DNA of 64,000 bases, taken from contig CAVZCV010000003.1 in the NCBI GenBank assembly GCA_963773875.1, positions 69,433 to 133,432 of the forward strand, given 5' to 3'. This document shows positions 49,711 to 64,000 of this stretch, one piece after another. Positions within the stretch are counted from its first letter, which is position 1. Every line of letters starts with the position of its first letter. Under the pieces are notes generated by a model. It saw only the letters and a program-made list of their open reading frames with translations, was not told the origin of the DNA and made no database searches. This DNA comes from Pirellulales bacterium (GTDB lineage: Bacteria > Planctomycetota > Planctomycetia > Pirellulales > JADZDJ01). The translations under genes were made by a program, and so were the position numbers.

Positions 49711-50716
49711 CGTCCGCCTCCTTTCTCGCCGAAGGGCGGCGGCGGGAGGACCGGCGGTGGAGAGGCGTCTTCGGTTCGGACGGGAGTTTCGCCGGGGCCC
49801 AGCGATTTTATGTAGGCAATCAACTTAATCAGATCTTCCTCATCAACCTGGCCGCGAAACGTAGGCATGATCGGCTCCCAGCCGAGCACGACTTTCGCTT
49901 CCGGATTGACAATCGATTCGCGCAAATACGTGTCGTCTGCCGTGACAATTTGCCCGTTCTTCAGTGGCACTGCCTGACCGTAAAGATTCTCCAGCACGGG
50001 AGCGCGAGCCTTAGCGTTGCCGCTATGGCACGTGACGCATTGCAGCTTGAGAAACAACTTGCGACCTTCGAGCGCAAGCGATCCTTCGGCCTCGCTGTTG
50101 AGCCACTGCTGGTAATCCGGCGGACTCAGGACCGTCACAAAACCCGTCATGCCGCCATGATTGGTGCCGCAATATTGCGAGCAATAGAGCGGAAACCGGC
50201 CAATTTTTGTCGCCTGAAACCAGGTATAAACGTAGCGGCCTGGCAGCACATCGATTTTCGCGCGAAAATCGGGCACAAAAAAATCGTGGATGACATCTTC
50301 GGACGTGAGCGTCAACTTGACCGGTCGATTCACCGGCACATGGAGTTCGTTGATCTCGCGTTGACCCTCAGGATGTTGCAGCTTCCACATCCACTGTTTG
50401 CCAACCACATACACGTTCAGCGCCTCGCTGGGGGGCTGAGCTTGATTGAGGTACAAATTCGCGCCCAGGCAAACATGGCGCAAAAGAAAAACAGCGGCAC
50501 AATGCTCCAAGCTAATTCCAAGCGCAGGGAACCCGTAATCCGCGGCGTGATGCGTTCTTCACGGCGGCGGCGATAGCGAATGGTGAAAACAATAATCAAT
50601 ACACAAACCACGAGCGCCACCGTTCCTGTGACGGCGATCAAAAAGAAGAACAGCGCATCGACCCGGCGTGCGGCAATCGAGGCTTGCTCAGGAAACAATT
50701 GCAATTGGGCAATCAT
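49707..50716 (-). CDS. coxB: Cytochrome c oxidase subunit II with a C-terminal cytochrome c domain (caa3-type), with an indel near 50440-50500 as assembled
   Basis: TM region '[31 protein letters not shown]...' in ORF 50417-50884. CuA domain '[49 protein letters not shown]' and heme-c 'CVTCHSGN' in ORF 49707-50510. Confidence 0.88.
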
Positions 50717-51564
50717 GATTTCATTTTTGTCGACTGCGCGAGATCCTGTTTCATCCGGCGATCGCGCAGCCAAGTGCGACCTAGAAACACACCTAACACC
50801 AACAACGTCAAAGCACCTGCGAGCCGGACAAACAACATTACAGCGGGCGTATATTTTCCCGTCGTCTCGTCGAAGTGGTAGCACAGCAGAAGCAGTTGAT
50901 CGGTGATCGATCCAACCTTGCCCGCCGACGCTTCCACAAGGGCCAGTCGCACATCGCCCACCGGATACTGAATGCCAAAAAAATATCGGGCAATGTTTCC
51001 GTTCGGCGTCAGCACCACAATGCCGCTGGCGTGTGCAAACTGCTTTAACTGCGGATCGTAAACGTAGCGAAAGCCGACCGCGCTGGCTAAGCGTTCGATC
51101 GATGCTTGACTCCCGGTCAAAAAATGCCAGCCGGCCTCCGCTCCCGGTTTGCCGAAATCGCTGGTGTACGCGGCCTTTTTCGCGGCGGCCAACTCGGGGC
51201 CTTCCTCGGGATCGATACTCACCGTGACGACACGAAACTGCTTGTTGATTTCAAACGGCAGCGCCTCCGCTACTTCGCGAACGCCGTTGAGAACTTCAGT
51301 GCACAACATCGGGCAGCGGTAGTACGCCATGACCAGAATCACCGGCGGACCGCCGAAGTAATCGCCCAGGTGTACCTCGCGGCCCGATTCATCGCGAAAT
51401 GCCACATCGAGCGGCACTTGTACGCCAAGATGCTGATCGAAGCCGACGCGCTGGATGATCGATTCGCCTTGCGTAGCGTCCGCAGCAGCCACGCCGGCGA
51501 AGAGGCAATGGCCAGCAATCGTGACCAACACAATCGTCAATTGCTTGGCGGAGCAGGTTTTCAT
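50713..51564 (-). CDS. sco1: SCO1/SenC copper chaperone (thioredoxin fold) with a C-terminal membrane anchor
   Basis: 'VILVMAYYRCPMLCTEVL' (CxxxC) and 'HASGIVVLTPNGNIARYFFG'. Located between the act and cox genes. Confidence 0.82.
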   Translation of the reverse strand: MKTCSAKQLTIVLVTIAGHCLFAGVAAADATQGESIIQRVGFDQHLGVQVPLDVAFRDESGREVHLGDYFGGPPVILVMAYYRCPMLCTEVLNGVREVAEALPFEINKQFRVVTVSIDPEEGPELAAAKKAAYTSDFGKPGAEAGWHFLTGSQASIERLASAVGFRYVYDPQLKQFAHASGIVVLTPNGNIARYFFGIQYPVGDVRLALVEASAGKVGSITDQLLLLCYHFDETTGKYTPAVMLFVRLAGALTLLVLGVFLGRTWLRDRRMKQDLAQSTKMKS

Positions 51565-52055
51565 CGCGGCCCTCCTCGATCCTCAGACAACGGCGAATTT
51601 TTCCGCTCACTTTTCTGCTGTGGATCTTTCTGCGGATCAACTTTTTGGTCTGTAATGGCGCGCTGCATGGCTTTGCGAATTGGAATGCGGACAATGCCCG
51701 CTTTTTGATCCACCCAGCCGTACGTTTGCAGCTCCTGTTCGCGGATTGCCACAGGTTCGTACGGAGAATCGGCAATGCCATGCGCCTGTTCCACATAGGT
51801 CACGCCTTCCAACCGCGGCTGCGGAGGCAGCGAATCGCCGCCGCTGCGCATTTCCAAATTGGGCGACAGGGCATCGCGCTCCGCCGAATGCTGCCGCGAA
51901 ACTTGGAGCATCCACGCTGTAATGGCTTGCACAATCACGATAATTAACAGCAGCGCCGCTCCCGTGGCGACAATGCCGCCAAAGTAAACATCGCGCGCTT
52001 CATGGCGCGGCGCACCGCCGGCTCCTTCGTGAAAGGCGCTTTGATGCTCAGTCAT
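51561..52055 (-). CDS. Small membrane-anchored hypothetical protein in the ACIII-cox operon (possibly an ActG-like accessory subunit)
   Basis: A single TM helix 'VYFGGIVATGAALLLIIVIVQAITAWML'. Start and stop codons overlap the neighbouring genes. Its operon position supports a role in the complex. Confidence 0.45.
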   Translation of the reverse strand: MTEHQSAFHEGAGGAPRHEARDVYFGGIVATGAALLLIIVIVQAITAWMLQVSRQHSAERDALSPNLEMRSGGDSLPPQPRLEGVTYVEQAHGIADSPYEPVAIREQELQTYGWVDQKAGIVRIPIRKAMQRAITDQKVDPQKDPQQKSERKNSPLSEDRGGPR

Positions 52056-53238
52056 GATTCGCCTCCAGCGGCAAATACTCGTCGAAGTACGGATCGTCGG
52101 TCGGCAGTAGCGATCGGGCTTTGAGTTTCCGTACGAACCACCACATCCACAGTCCGCCTAATCCGATCCACGCGCCCAAATCGACAATCCAGTACCAGCC
52201 CACGCCGTCGGGAAATGCCGCTTCGACCGACCAATACAAATTCACGAATTGCAGCACTAAGACCAACCCTGCGATCGCGGCCAATCGCCGCGGATTTTCT
52301 TTCACATCGCGCGAGAGCAAAAACAAAAACGGAATGGCAAATTGCAACACTACCAGCGTCATGGCAATCCACTGCCAGCCGCCGCGAGTGCGCAGCAAAT
52401 ACCAGGGAATTTCCTCCGGCAGGTTTTCGACCCAAATCAACAGGAATTGCGAGAACGATAAATAGGCCCAGCACATGACAAACGCCAGCAGCAAATTACC
52501 AAGATCGCGCCAATGATTCGGGCGCGCGACACTGCCAATTGGCTCCGCGCCGGCCAGCATCGAAAGCATCACCGTGGCGAACGCCATCCCGCTGAGGATT
52601 TGAGCCACGGCAAATAGCGGCGGATAAATGGTCGAATACCAGTTGGGCTCGAGCGACATAATCCAATCGATCGAAGCGAATGTGATGCTCAGGCCGTACG
52701 CCACTAGTCCCCAAGCGCTCACGAGCCGAATGGCCCGCGACGGGCCTTGGCTGCGCCCTTGCTCTTGCCGAATCGACCAGATGCGCAAAATGCCACTGAA
52801 TACATTCCACAGCAGGAAGTAAACTCCCGCCCGCACCAAAAAAAATGGCACGTTGAGATAATCGCTTTTGTCCAAAACCTCGGCTGTTTTGCTGCTGACA
52901 GCAGAGTGAGCCCAGGGGTAGATTCGCTCGACACCAAACGCCAGTGGAACAAATAGCAACAGCACGAGCGGTAGCGTCGCCACTGCGGCTTCCAGAATTC
53001 GCCGCAGCAAAATTCCCCACGCGCCCCCGGTGAGGTATTGCACCATCAATAGCACCATGCAGCCAAGCGTGATGCCGAGCCAGAATAAGCAACCGACCAG
53101 GTATCCGCGGAAGAAATGTTCCGGGCTAGTGAGTGCACCCCAGGCAATTGGCACGGCACTAACGATCATCGCCAGCACGGCGCCGCGTTGAATTCGCGGC
53201 CACAGATCGGAATGTGACGCGTGCTCTGGGTTATTCAT
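52048..53238 (-). CDS. actF: Alternative complex III subunit ActF (NrfD/PsrC-like integral membrane quinol-binding subunit 2)
   Basis: A ~10-TM protein paralogous to the ActC region, in the canonical position after actE. Confidence 0.75.
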   Translation of the reverse strand: MNNPEHASHSDLWPRIQRGAVLAMIVSAVPIAWGALTSPEHFFRGYLVGCLFWLGITLGCMVLLMVQYLTGGAWGILLRRILEAAVATLPLVLLLFVPLAFGVERIYPWAHSAVSSKTAEVLDKSDYLNVPFFLVRAGVYFLLWNVFSGILRIWSIRQEQGRSQGPSRAIRLVSAWGLVAYGLSITFASIDWIMSLEPNWYSTIYPPLFAVAQILSGMAFATVMLSMLAGAEPIGSVARPNHWRDLGNLLLAFVMCWAYLSFSQFLLIWVENLPEEIPWYLLRTRGGWQWIAMTLVVLQFAIPFLFLLSRDVKENPRRLAAIAGLVLVLQFVNLYWSVEAAFPDGVGWYWIVDLGAWIGLGGLWMWWFVRKLKARSLLPTDDPYFDEYLPLEANHD

Positions 53239-53942
53239 GGCCGCGCCTCCAGCGCTTGTTGCGCAGCGTGCTGCTCTTCGACGGGCAGCTGGTCGAGCGA
53301 TGAATACTGGCTGATTTGCAGTGCTCGAATATATGCGGCAATGGCCCAGCGATCGCGCGGCGGCACTTGGGTCGAGTAATCGGCCATCGCGCCCATGCCG
53401 TGGGTGATTACTTCAAAGAAATAGCCGATTGGCACGTCGCGCAAACGGATCTTCAGCCCCTCACGCGCCAGGCCCCGCGAATCATCGGCAATATACGACG
53501 GTGGCCGCGTGTATCCGCGGCGGACAATCGTGCCGTCGCCTTCGCCGGTGACACCGTGACACACGACGCAAAACACCTTGTAACGCTGCTGCCCTCGCTC
53601 CAGGACCTCCATGGTTAACGGGAAGGGTGGCTCCGACTTGAAATCGTCTGCCGACGTCGGCCGCGTCGGCAATGCCCGGCGCGTGCGTCCGGTCAGCAAA
53701 GCCTTGTCTTCCGCTCTTTCGCTCCACTCAAACGTGCCTTCCACCGCCGGGCGCGCTGCACGGCCATCTTCAAAAAACGCGCTATATTCCAAAGGCCGGT
53801 AACTCGGCTGGTTTGCCATTTTCTGCTGACAACCGCCGACCACGGCACAGAGAAACATGCATCCTGTAAGAATCGTCCGGCGGCGAGCGCATGCCATTGG
53901 GCGAATTCCCCGGTGCCTAATTATTCCAAAATGCCTACTCAT
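53235..53942 (-). CDS. actE: Alternative complex III monoheme cytochrome c subunit ActE (lipoprotein)
   Basis: '[38 protein letters not shown]' signal/lipobox. A single 'CVVCHG' heme motif. Overlaps the actD stop by 4 nt. Confidence 0.75.
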   Translation of the reverse strand: MSRHFGIIRHRGIRPMACARRRTILTGCMFLCAVVGGCQQKMANQPSYRPLEYSAFFEDGRAARPAVEGTFEWSERAEDKALLTGRTRRALPTRPTSADDFKSEPPFPLTMEVLERGQQRYKVFCVVCHGVTGEGDGTIVRRGYTRPPSYIADDSRGLAREGLKIRLRDVPIGYFFEVITHGMGAMADYSTQVPPRDRWAIAAYIRALQISQYSSLDQLPVEEQHAAQQALEARP

Positions 53943-54514
53943 GGCGGCACCTCCACGACTTCGTGTGCGCCGAGGGTGCCGAGAAATCTGGCCGTTTCGT
54001 CCCGCTTGAACTGCGGATCGATCGCTTGAATGCACAAAAAAAATCGGTCGCGGCTCGCCAGGGCAAAGCGCGGAACATTGAACACCGGATGATACGGCAT
54101 CGGCAAGCGATTCAACACGAACATGCCCATCACTGCCGAAATCGCGGCACACAGCACGGTCAATTCAAATGTGACCGGAATAAATGACGGCCAACTGTTG
54201 AGCGGCCGCCCTCCGACATTCAGCGGATAATTCACCGCCATGCACCAATACTGCAAATAAAACCCGCCGGCACAGCCGATGAGTCCACCGATCAACGTAA
54301 TGAGCGGCACGCGCGTGCGGCGCATTCCCAATTCTTCGGCCAATCCTTCCACGGGAAACGGTGTATACGCATCCATCCGCCGATAGCCCGCCGCGCGCGC
54401 CGCCTTCACTGCTGTTAGCAGTTGGGCAGGATCGCGGAAATCGGCGATCAATCCGTAAATATCAAACGGATGGTCCACTGGCAGTTTCCGTTTCGGTTTG
54501 CGATACGAGCGCAC
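53939..54514 (-). CDS. actD: Alternative complex III subunit ActD (DUF3341 membrane protein)
   Basis: '[31 protein letters not shown]' followed by 2 TM helices, matching the ActD family. Confidence 0.75.
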   Translation of the reverse strand: MRSYRKPKRKLPVDHPFDIYGLIADFRDPAQLLTAVKAARAAGYRRMDAYTPFPVEGLAEELGMRRTRVPLITLIGGLIGCAGGFYLQYWCMAVNYPLNVGGRPLNSWPSFIPVTFELTVLCAAISAVMGMFVLNRLPMPYHPVFNVPRFALASRDRFFLCIQAIDPQFKRDETARFLGTLGAHEVVEVPP

Positions 54515-55858
54515 GCATTTCGGCGATCGAAATCATCGGAAGCAATCGCAGGAAAATGAACAGCAAGCTGAAGAACAGGCCGAGCGAACCCAAAAACGTG
54601 GCCCAGTCCCAAATCGTTGGCGAGTACATGCCCCACGACGACGGCAGAAAATCGCGCTGTAGACTGGTGACGACAATCACAAAACGTTCGAGCCACATGC
54701 CGACGAGCACAATGGCCGCGACAATGAAGAGAGCGATGGGACTTGAACGAACATGCCTCGACCAGAGCACTTGCGGGGCCACTACGTTGCAAGCAATTAG
54801 CGCCCAGAAAGCCGTTCGATACGGCCCGGTAGCGCGGTTCACTTGCACGTACCATTCGTATTTGTTCCCGCCGTACCACGACATGAAGGCTTCAATAAAG
54901 TATCCGTACGCGACAATCAGCCCCGTGGCGAGCATCACTTTGGCCATGTTCTGCAAGTGCCGCTCTGTGATGAAATCTTCCAGGCCATAAAAACTGCGCA
55001 GCGGGATGGCGAGCAGCAGCACCATGGCGAAACCAGAATAAATGGCTCCGGCGACGAAGTACGGCGGAAAAATGGTCGAATGCCAGCCCGGCAAATCGGC
55101 GACAGCGAAATCGAAGCTCACGACGGTATGCACCGAGACCACGAGCGGCGTCGCCAATCCGGCCAAGAGCAAATACGCGGTCTCATACCGCTTCCAGTGA
55201 TAAGCGGAGCCACGCCAACCCATTGCCAGTACGCCGTAGGCAATCCGGCCAAAGCGATGTTGCGAACGGTCGCGCAGCGTGGCCAGGTCGGGCACTAGCC
55301 CGACATACCAGAACAATAGCGAGACGGTGAAATAAGTCGAAACCGCAAACACATCCCAAACTAGCGGGCTGCGAAACTGCGGCCAGATCTTCATCGTGTT
55401 GGGGTACGGCAGTAGCCAATAAAAAAACCATGGTCGGCCCATGTGCAATAGCGGAAACAGTCCGGCGCTGGCGACTGCGAACAACGTCATCGCTTCAGCA
55501 AACCGATTGATCGATGTTCGCCATTCCTGGTGCAAGAGCAGCAAGATTGCGGAGATCAACGTCCCGGCATGCCCGATGCCAATCCACCACACGAAATTCA
55601 CGATCGCAAAGCCCCAGGCCACCGGCACGTTGATGCCCCAAATGCCCACCCCGACGAACAGCAAATAGCTGATCGCGTACAAGAGCAGCATCAACAGCGA
55701 GAACGAAATCAAAGCGCCAATCCACCAGCCGCGCGGCGCGCGCCGAATTTGCACAATCGAACTGATCTTGTCGGTAACCGAAGAAAACGTGTGCCCGGGC
55801 TCCAGAACGGGTGGTTCATCGATTTCGGCATCCCCTTTGTAAGGCAGCGCGGCATCGC

Positions 55859-55862
<4 letters not shown>
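54462..55862 (-). CDS. actC: Alternative complex III subunit ActC (NrfD/polysulfide-reductase-like quinol-oxidising membrane subunit)
   Basis: 466 aa with ~10 TM helices and '[27 protein letters not shown]' typical of NrfD-family. ATGA overlap with actB. Confidence 0.82.
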
Positions 55863-58960
<3,098 letters not shown>

Positions 58961-58973
<13 letters not shown>

Positions 58974-59620
58974 GTCGAGCAGCTCGTCAGTTCGCCGGTG
59001 CTGCGGATGTGGTAATCGTTCAAAAGTTTCTTGCCAAAGTCGGGATCATCGCCCGGCGGCTCCCACGCCATGTTGAAAATTTCATCGCGCGGACGCAGGT
59101 GCGCCGCCGGACTACGATGGCAATCGAGGCACCATCCCATGAGCAACGATTGCGCCTGATACGTGAACGGCATTTGATCCACGCGGCCATGGCATTCCAC
59201 GCAGCCCACGCCTTTATTCACGTGAATGCTGTGGTCGAAGTACACGAATTGCGGCAAATTGTGGATTCGCTCCCAAGCGATTGCCGCGCCGTTGCGGTAG
59301 CTCGCTCGCACCGGTTCCAAGGCAGCGCTGCCAAACCAGATTTCCTGGTGGCAGTTCATGCACGTTTTTGTCGGCGGCATGCCGGCGAACGACGAGTTTT
59401 CCACTGACGCGTGGCAGTAACGGCAATCGATGCCCAATTGACCCACGTGATGTGCATGGCTGAAGTCGACGGGCTGCACGCGCGCAATTTGCGCCTGGGT
59501 GACATACGGCGACCAACCCAGCACGTACAGCGTCCAAAGAAAATAGGCAGCCAGAGCCACAAGGCCGATGATGCTGGCCTTCGAGAGCGTGTTGAAGCTG
59601 CGATGAAAAATCTGCGGCAC
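58961..59620 (-). CDS. actA: Alternative complex III pentaheme cytochrome c subunit ActA
   Basis: N-terminal TM anchor and five CxxCH motifs (CRYCH, CMNCH, CVECH, CLDCH, CSTCH). Confidence 0.85.
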
Positions 59621-59867
59621 GAGCGCGATTTCCTATGCGTTAACGGCGAGGAAAGAACGCGGACGATCGACCCATGAACGGGGGCCGATCGCCGGTGCAA
59701 CTGATGTACCGCCACCGACACCGTAGCGGCGTGGCTTGCGGCAATCAAGGGGGACGAAAAGAGAGCGGCAACGCAGTTTAAATTCCGCCGTCCGCGCGTT
59801 TTGCTCTCAGGCTGCGCACGAACTGCTCACCTGTTGGCCAGCGGGCAAACTTTAAAATTCCCACACG

Positions 59868-60848
59868 TTACACCTTGCGATATCCGTTTGGATGCTTCTG
59901 ATGCCAATTCCAAGCAGATTCGATAATCTGTTCGATATCGGGGAATTTGGGGCTCCAGCCCAATTCGCGGCGGATTTTTTCGCTACCGGCGATCAAAGTT
60001 GGCGGGTCACCCGGCCGCCGGGGCCCCATTTTTGCTGGAATTGGATGACCGGTAATCTTGCGCACCGCGTCGATCACCTGCTTCACGCTGAATCCTTTGC
60101 CATTGCCAAGGTTGTATGTGCGGCTTTTTTCGGCGAGCGCCTTCATCGCCAAGATGTGGGCTTGCGCCAAATCGGCCACATGAATGTAGTCGCGCACGCA
60201 GGTGCCATCCACCGTGGCGTAATCATTGCCGAACACCGTCACCGACTCGCGCTTGCCTTGGGCAACTTTGAGCACAATCGGAATGATGTGCAATTCCGGG
60301 CTATGATCTTCACCGCGCTCGGCCGTCGCTCCGGCGGCGTTGAAATATCGCAAGGACGCATAGCGGAACCCATAAATTCGATCGAGCCAAAATAGCATCC
60401 GCTCCAAAATGAATTTCGATTCGCCATACGGGCTGCCGGGCACGATGCGTTCCTGTTCATCGATCGGCATGCGCTCTGGATCGTCGAACAAATTGGCCGT
60501 CGACGACAGAATGAACCGCTTGATGCCATGCTTGAGCATGCTTTCCAGCAAATTGATTCCATTGGTGACATTGGAGCCCAGATATTTGAACGGCGCTTGC
60601 ATCGATTCGCCGACGAGCGAATGCGCCGCGAAATGCATGACGGTTTCCGGCTTGTGCTCTGCCAGCGTGCGCTCGATGACTGCGCGATCGGCCAGATCGC
60701 CCTCCACGAATTTCGCGCGCGGATGCACCGCCTCGCGATGGCCCTGATACAGATTGTCGAAAACGACAACCTCTTCGCCCATTTCCACCAATTGTTCCAC
60801 GGCCACACTACCGATGTAGCCCGCGCCGCCGGTGACGAGAATTTTCAT
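59868..60848 (-). CDS. galE: UDP-glucose 4-epimerase
   Basis: '[14 protein letters not shown]' and a 'YxxxK' catalytic region. Length 326 aa. Confidence 0.9.
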   Translation of the reverse strand: MKILVTGGAGYIGSVAVEQLVEMGEEVVVFDNLYQGHREAVHPRAKFVEGDLADRAVIERTLAEHKPETVMHFAAHSLVGESMQAPFKYLGSNVTNGINLLESMLKHGIKRFILSSTANLFDDPERMPIDEQERIVPGSPYGESKFILERMLFWLDRIYGFRYASLRYFNAAGATAERGEDHSPELHIIPIVLKVAQGKRESVTVFGNDYATVDGTCVRDYIHVADLAQAHILAMKALAEKSRTYNLGNGKGFSVKQVIDAVRKITGHPIPAKMGPRRPGDPPTLIAGSEKIRRELGWSPKFPDIEQIIESAWNWHQKHPNGYRKV

Positions 60849-60851
60849 GGA

Positions 60852-61886
<1,035 letters not shown>

Positions 61887-61890
<4 letters not shown>

Positions 61891-63101
61891 GATGTCGAAA
61901 GAACGTGCGCTCCCTGACCTGGCCGACTCGTGAACAGCGTCGCTGCGATGCCGGTCTGTTTTTGATATTGCTCGGCAAGCTGTTGCATCGCCGTGGCTGC
62001 CTGTTCGGTTTTCACCAGGCTAACCGTGCAGCCCCCGAATCCGCCGCCGGTCATTCGCGCGCCGATGACACCACCGGAATCGCCGATCTCGCGAGCAATT
62101 TCGACGAGTAAATCTAATTCCTGGCAGCTCACTTCATAATCGTCGCGCAGCGAATCGTGGCTCGCATACATTAGCCGGCCAACCTCGCTCCACTCACCGC
62201 GGCGAATCGCCTCGGCGGCCCGAACGGTGCGATCGATTTCGCCAATCACATGGCGGGCGCGGCGGTAGTTAACATCGCCGAGCTGCGGTCGCGCCGATTC
62301 CAATTGCGAGAGCGTCGCATCGCGCAGCAATTCCACTCCCAAAACTTTGGCGGCCGCTTCGCATTGGGCGCGCCGCTGCGCGTATTCGCCGCCGGTCAAT
62401 TCGTGCTTCACGTTGCTATTCGCGATGAGTACCGTAATGTCCGGATTCGCAAACGACACAAGCTCGAACTTTTGCGAGCGACAATCGAGCAGCATCAAAT
62501 GATCGGCCGTGCACATGGCACTGCTGAACTGATCCATGATGCCGCACGGCACGCCCGCGTATTTGTGCTCTGCCTCTTGGCACAAGAGCGCTTTTTGTAC
62601 GGGTGTGAGTGGCTTCCCTGTTAGTGCTTCCAAAAGCGTCGCCGTTGCCACCTCGAGGGCCGCGCTGCTCGACAATCCACCTCCCAGCGGAACCGTGGAA
62701 CGAACGGCTGCATCGAACGCAGGCGGCGCCTGGCCACGTGCCGCAAAGCCAGACACAACGCCTTCCACATAGCTGGACCATTTGGGCGAAGAAAGCGAAT
62801 CATCGCCGCGCAGCGAAATTGACGCTGTTTCCTCTTTGCTGGCGCTATAAATGCGCACTGCGTTCTGATTGGCCTGGTTCCCGGCTAGATCGGCCGCAAT
62901 AACTACATACCGCTCAATCGCCATCGGCAGCACATAGCCGCCGTTGTAGTCGGTATGCTCGCCTATCAGATTGACTCGACCCGGCGCAGCAACCATGTAT
63001 TTAGGTGGGCGCAAAAACAGTCGGCGGAAGTCTTCGGCCGTTTGGGCCGCGAGCTCCGACAGATTTGCCGCCGCCGGTTCGGCTGCCTGCCGACTTGTCA
63101 T
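61887..63101 (-). CDS. galK: Galactokinase
   Basis: '[17 protein letters not shown]' and the GHMP ATP motif '[15 protein letters not shown]'. Start ATG at 63101; the stop overlaps the galT start. Confidence 0.9.
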
Positions 63102-63325
63102 ACTTGATCCCTCGAACTTTCTAAACCGCAATTGCGATCGTCCGCACGCGAATGGGGCCTGTTGGAAACCTGCCAAAGTCATTTCCCGAGACAAGCGCGC
63201 GGCGGGAAACGCTGATTGTCTGCTGGCGAAGTCGGTTGATCAAGGGTGCGCTTGTAATCACGACCCGACCGCGCAATGAACCTCGCAAGCGTCACACCTC
63301 ACTGCGGCGAAATTCAAGTCGAAAA

Positions 63326-64000
63326 CTACTTCACCGGCTTGAGCAACACCTCGAACAAACTGACTTCCGTGGGTTGCTCTGGCTGGAAACGCAGTTGGTA
63401 TTGCCCAGCTGATATTTGAAAGGGCGTAAATCTGACGAGTTGCTCTTTAGTGCTGTCGGCATCGACCGTCGCACCAATTACTTCAGCGTTCAAACCTCGC
63501 CGGAACACAAGTTTCAACTGAGTTCCTTTAGGGGCGATAACGCGCGCGGAAATTTCGAACGTCGCCCGCTGGTTTAGCCGGATCGGCCAGGACAGTGCAT
63601 CCCCTTCTTTCGTAAAGCCTGCCGCATAATAACGTCCGGCTTTGCCGTCGCCATAAGTGAATTTTCCTTGCGTCTGAGCGTCGAACGCCAATAACTGATT
63701 AACTTCGATATTGGTGGCCAACAGCCGCCCTTTGGTGCCCTTCACCGGCCCGTCCATTTCTAGCACAACGACGCTGTCGGTTTCATCGGGCGGCGTCTTT
63801 GGCAGTGCAACGGTGATATCGCTCTCGCCCAACTGCCACGCATCGATGGGTTTCTGCGGATCTGCCAGCAGATAGGCGCGCTTCACATTTCCCTGCAGGT
63901 TGCCAACAATCAGACTACCGTCGCTCGGCCACTGGAACACGTGCAGATACAGCTTGTTGCCTTTCACCGTAGAATCGCCCCAAGCCTGGCGATCGAGCGG
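63326..64000 (-). CDS. C-terminal beta-sandwich domain of a larger protein (possibly a glycoside hydrolase such as an alpha-L-fucosidase-type C-terminal domain). The N-terminus lies beyond the window end
   Basis: The minus-strand frame is open to position 64000. 'KLYLHVFQWPSDGSLIVGNL...VVLEMDGPV' resembles a GH C-terminal domain. The assignment is tentative. Confidence 0.4.
   Translation of the reverse strand, partial: PLDRQAWGDSTVKGNKLYLHVFQWPSDGSLIVGNLQGNVKRAYLLADPQKPIDAWQLGESDITVALPKTPPDETDSVVVLEMDGPVKGTKGRLLATNIEVNQLLAFDAQTQGKFTYGDGKAGRYYAAGFTKEGDALSWPIRLNQRATFEISARVIAPKGTQLKLVFRRGLNAEVIGATVDADSTKEQLVRFTPFQISAGQYQLRFQPEQPTEVSLFEVLLKPVK

Overview
The window is 64 kb of GC-rich (~58%) chromosomal DNA with a high coding fraction, most likely from a Planctomycetota (Pirellula/Rhodopirellula-like) genome. 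The evidence for that is the N-terminal 'RK-LAFQQLETRAL' signal motif, several PEP-CTERM proteins, a gene-for-gene alternative-complex-III (actABCDEF) plus caa3 cytochrome oxidase cluster, giant low-complexity secreted proteins and long intergenic spacers. I support about 50 protein genes. Recognisable ones are hemB and hemL, tilS, a Ser/Thr kinase, a D-2-hydroxyacid dehydrogenase, a PduO-type cobalamin adenosyltransferase, TolB-like and HlyD-like proteins, a secretin-domain protein and a GH97. A transglutaminase-like lipoprotein, a VIT-vWA protein, a flotillin, a GH43-like protein, egtD-egtB (ergothioneine), a cNMP-binding/thioredoxin-reductase fusion, sco1 and galE-galT-galK are also present. 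I found no rRNA, tRNA, CRISPR array or obvious mobile element. There are three notable points. First, a tandem array of three paralogous small secreted proteins (35.6-37.7 kb) has near-identical C-terminal tails and 3' flanks but divergent N-terminal bodies. A 0.9 kb repeat-bearing non-coding region precedes it. This is my best candidate for an undescribed lineage-specific system. Second, a tandem pair of membrane-anchored coiled-coil paralogs lies downstream of tilS. Third, at least 14 genes are split across reading frames, and the sites I could resolve at nucleotide level fall in homopolymer runs. This looks like systematic indel error in the assembly rather than mass pseudogenisation. All coordinates below are as assembled, and start codons are approximate (+/- a few codons).
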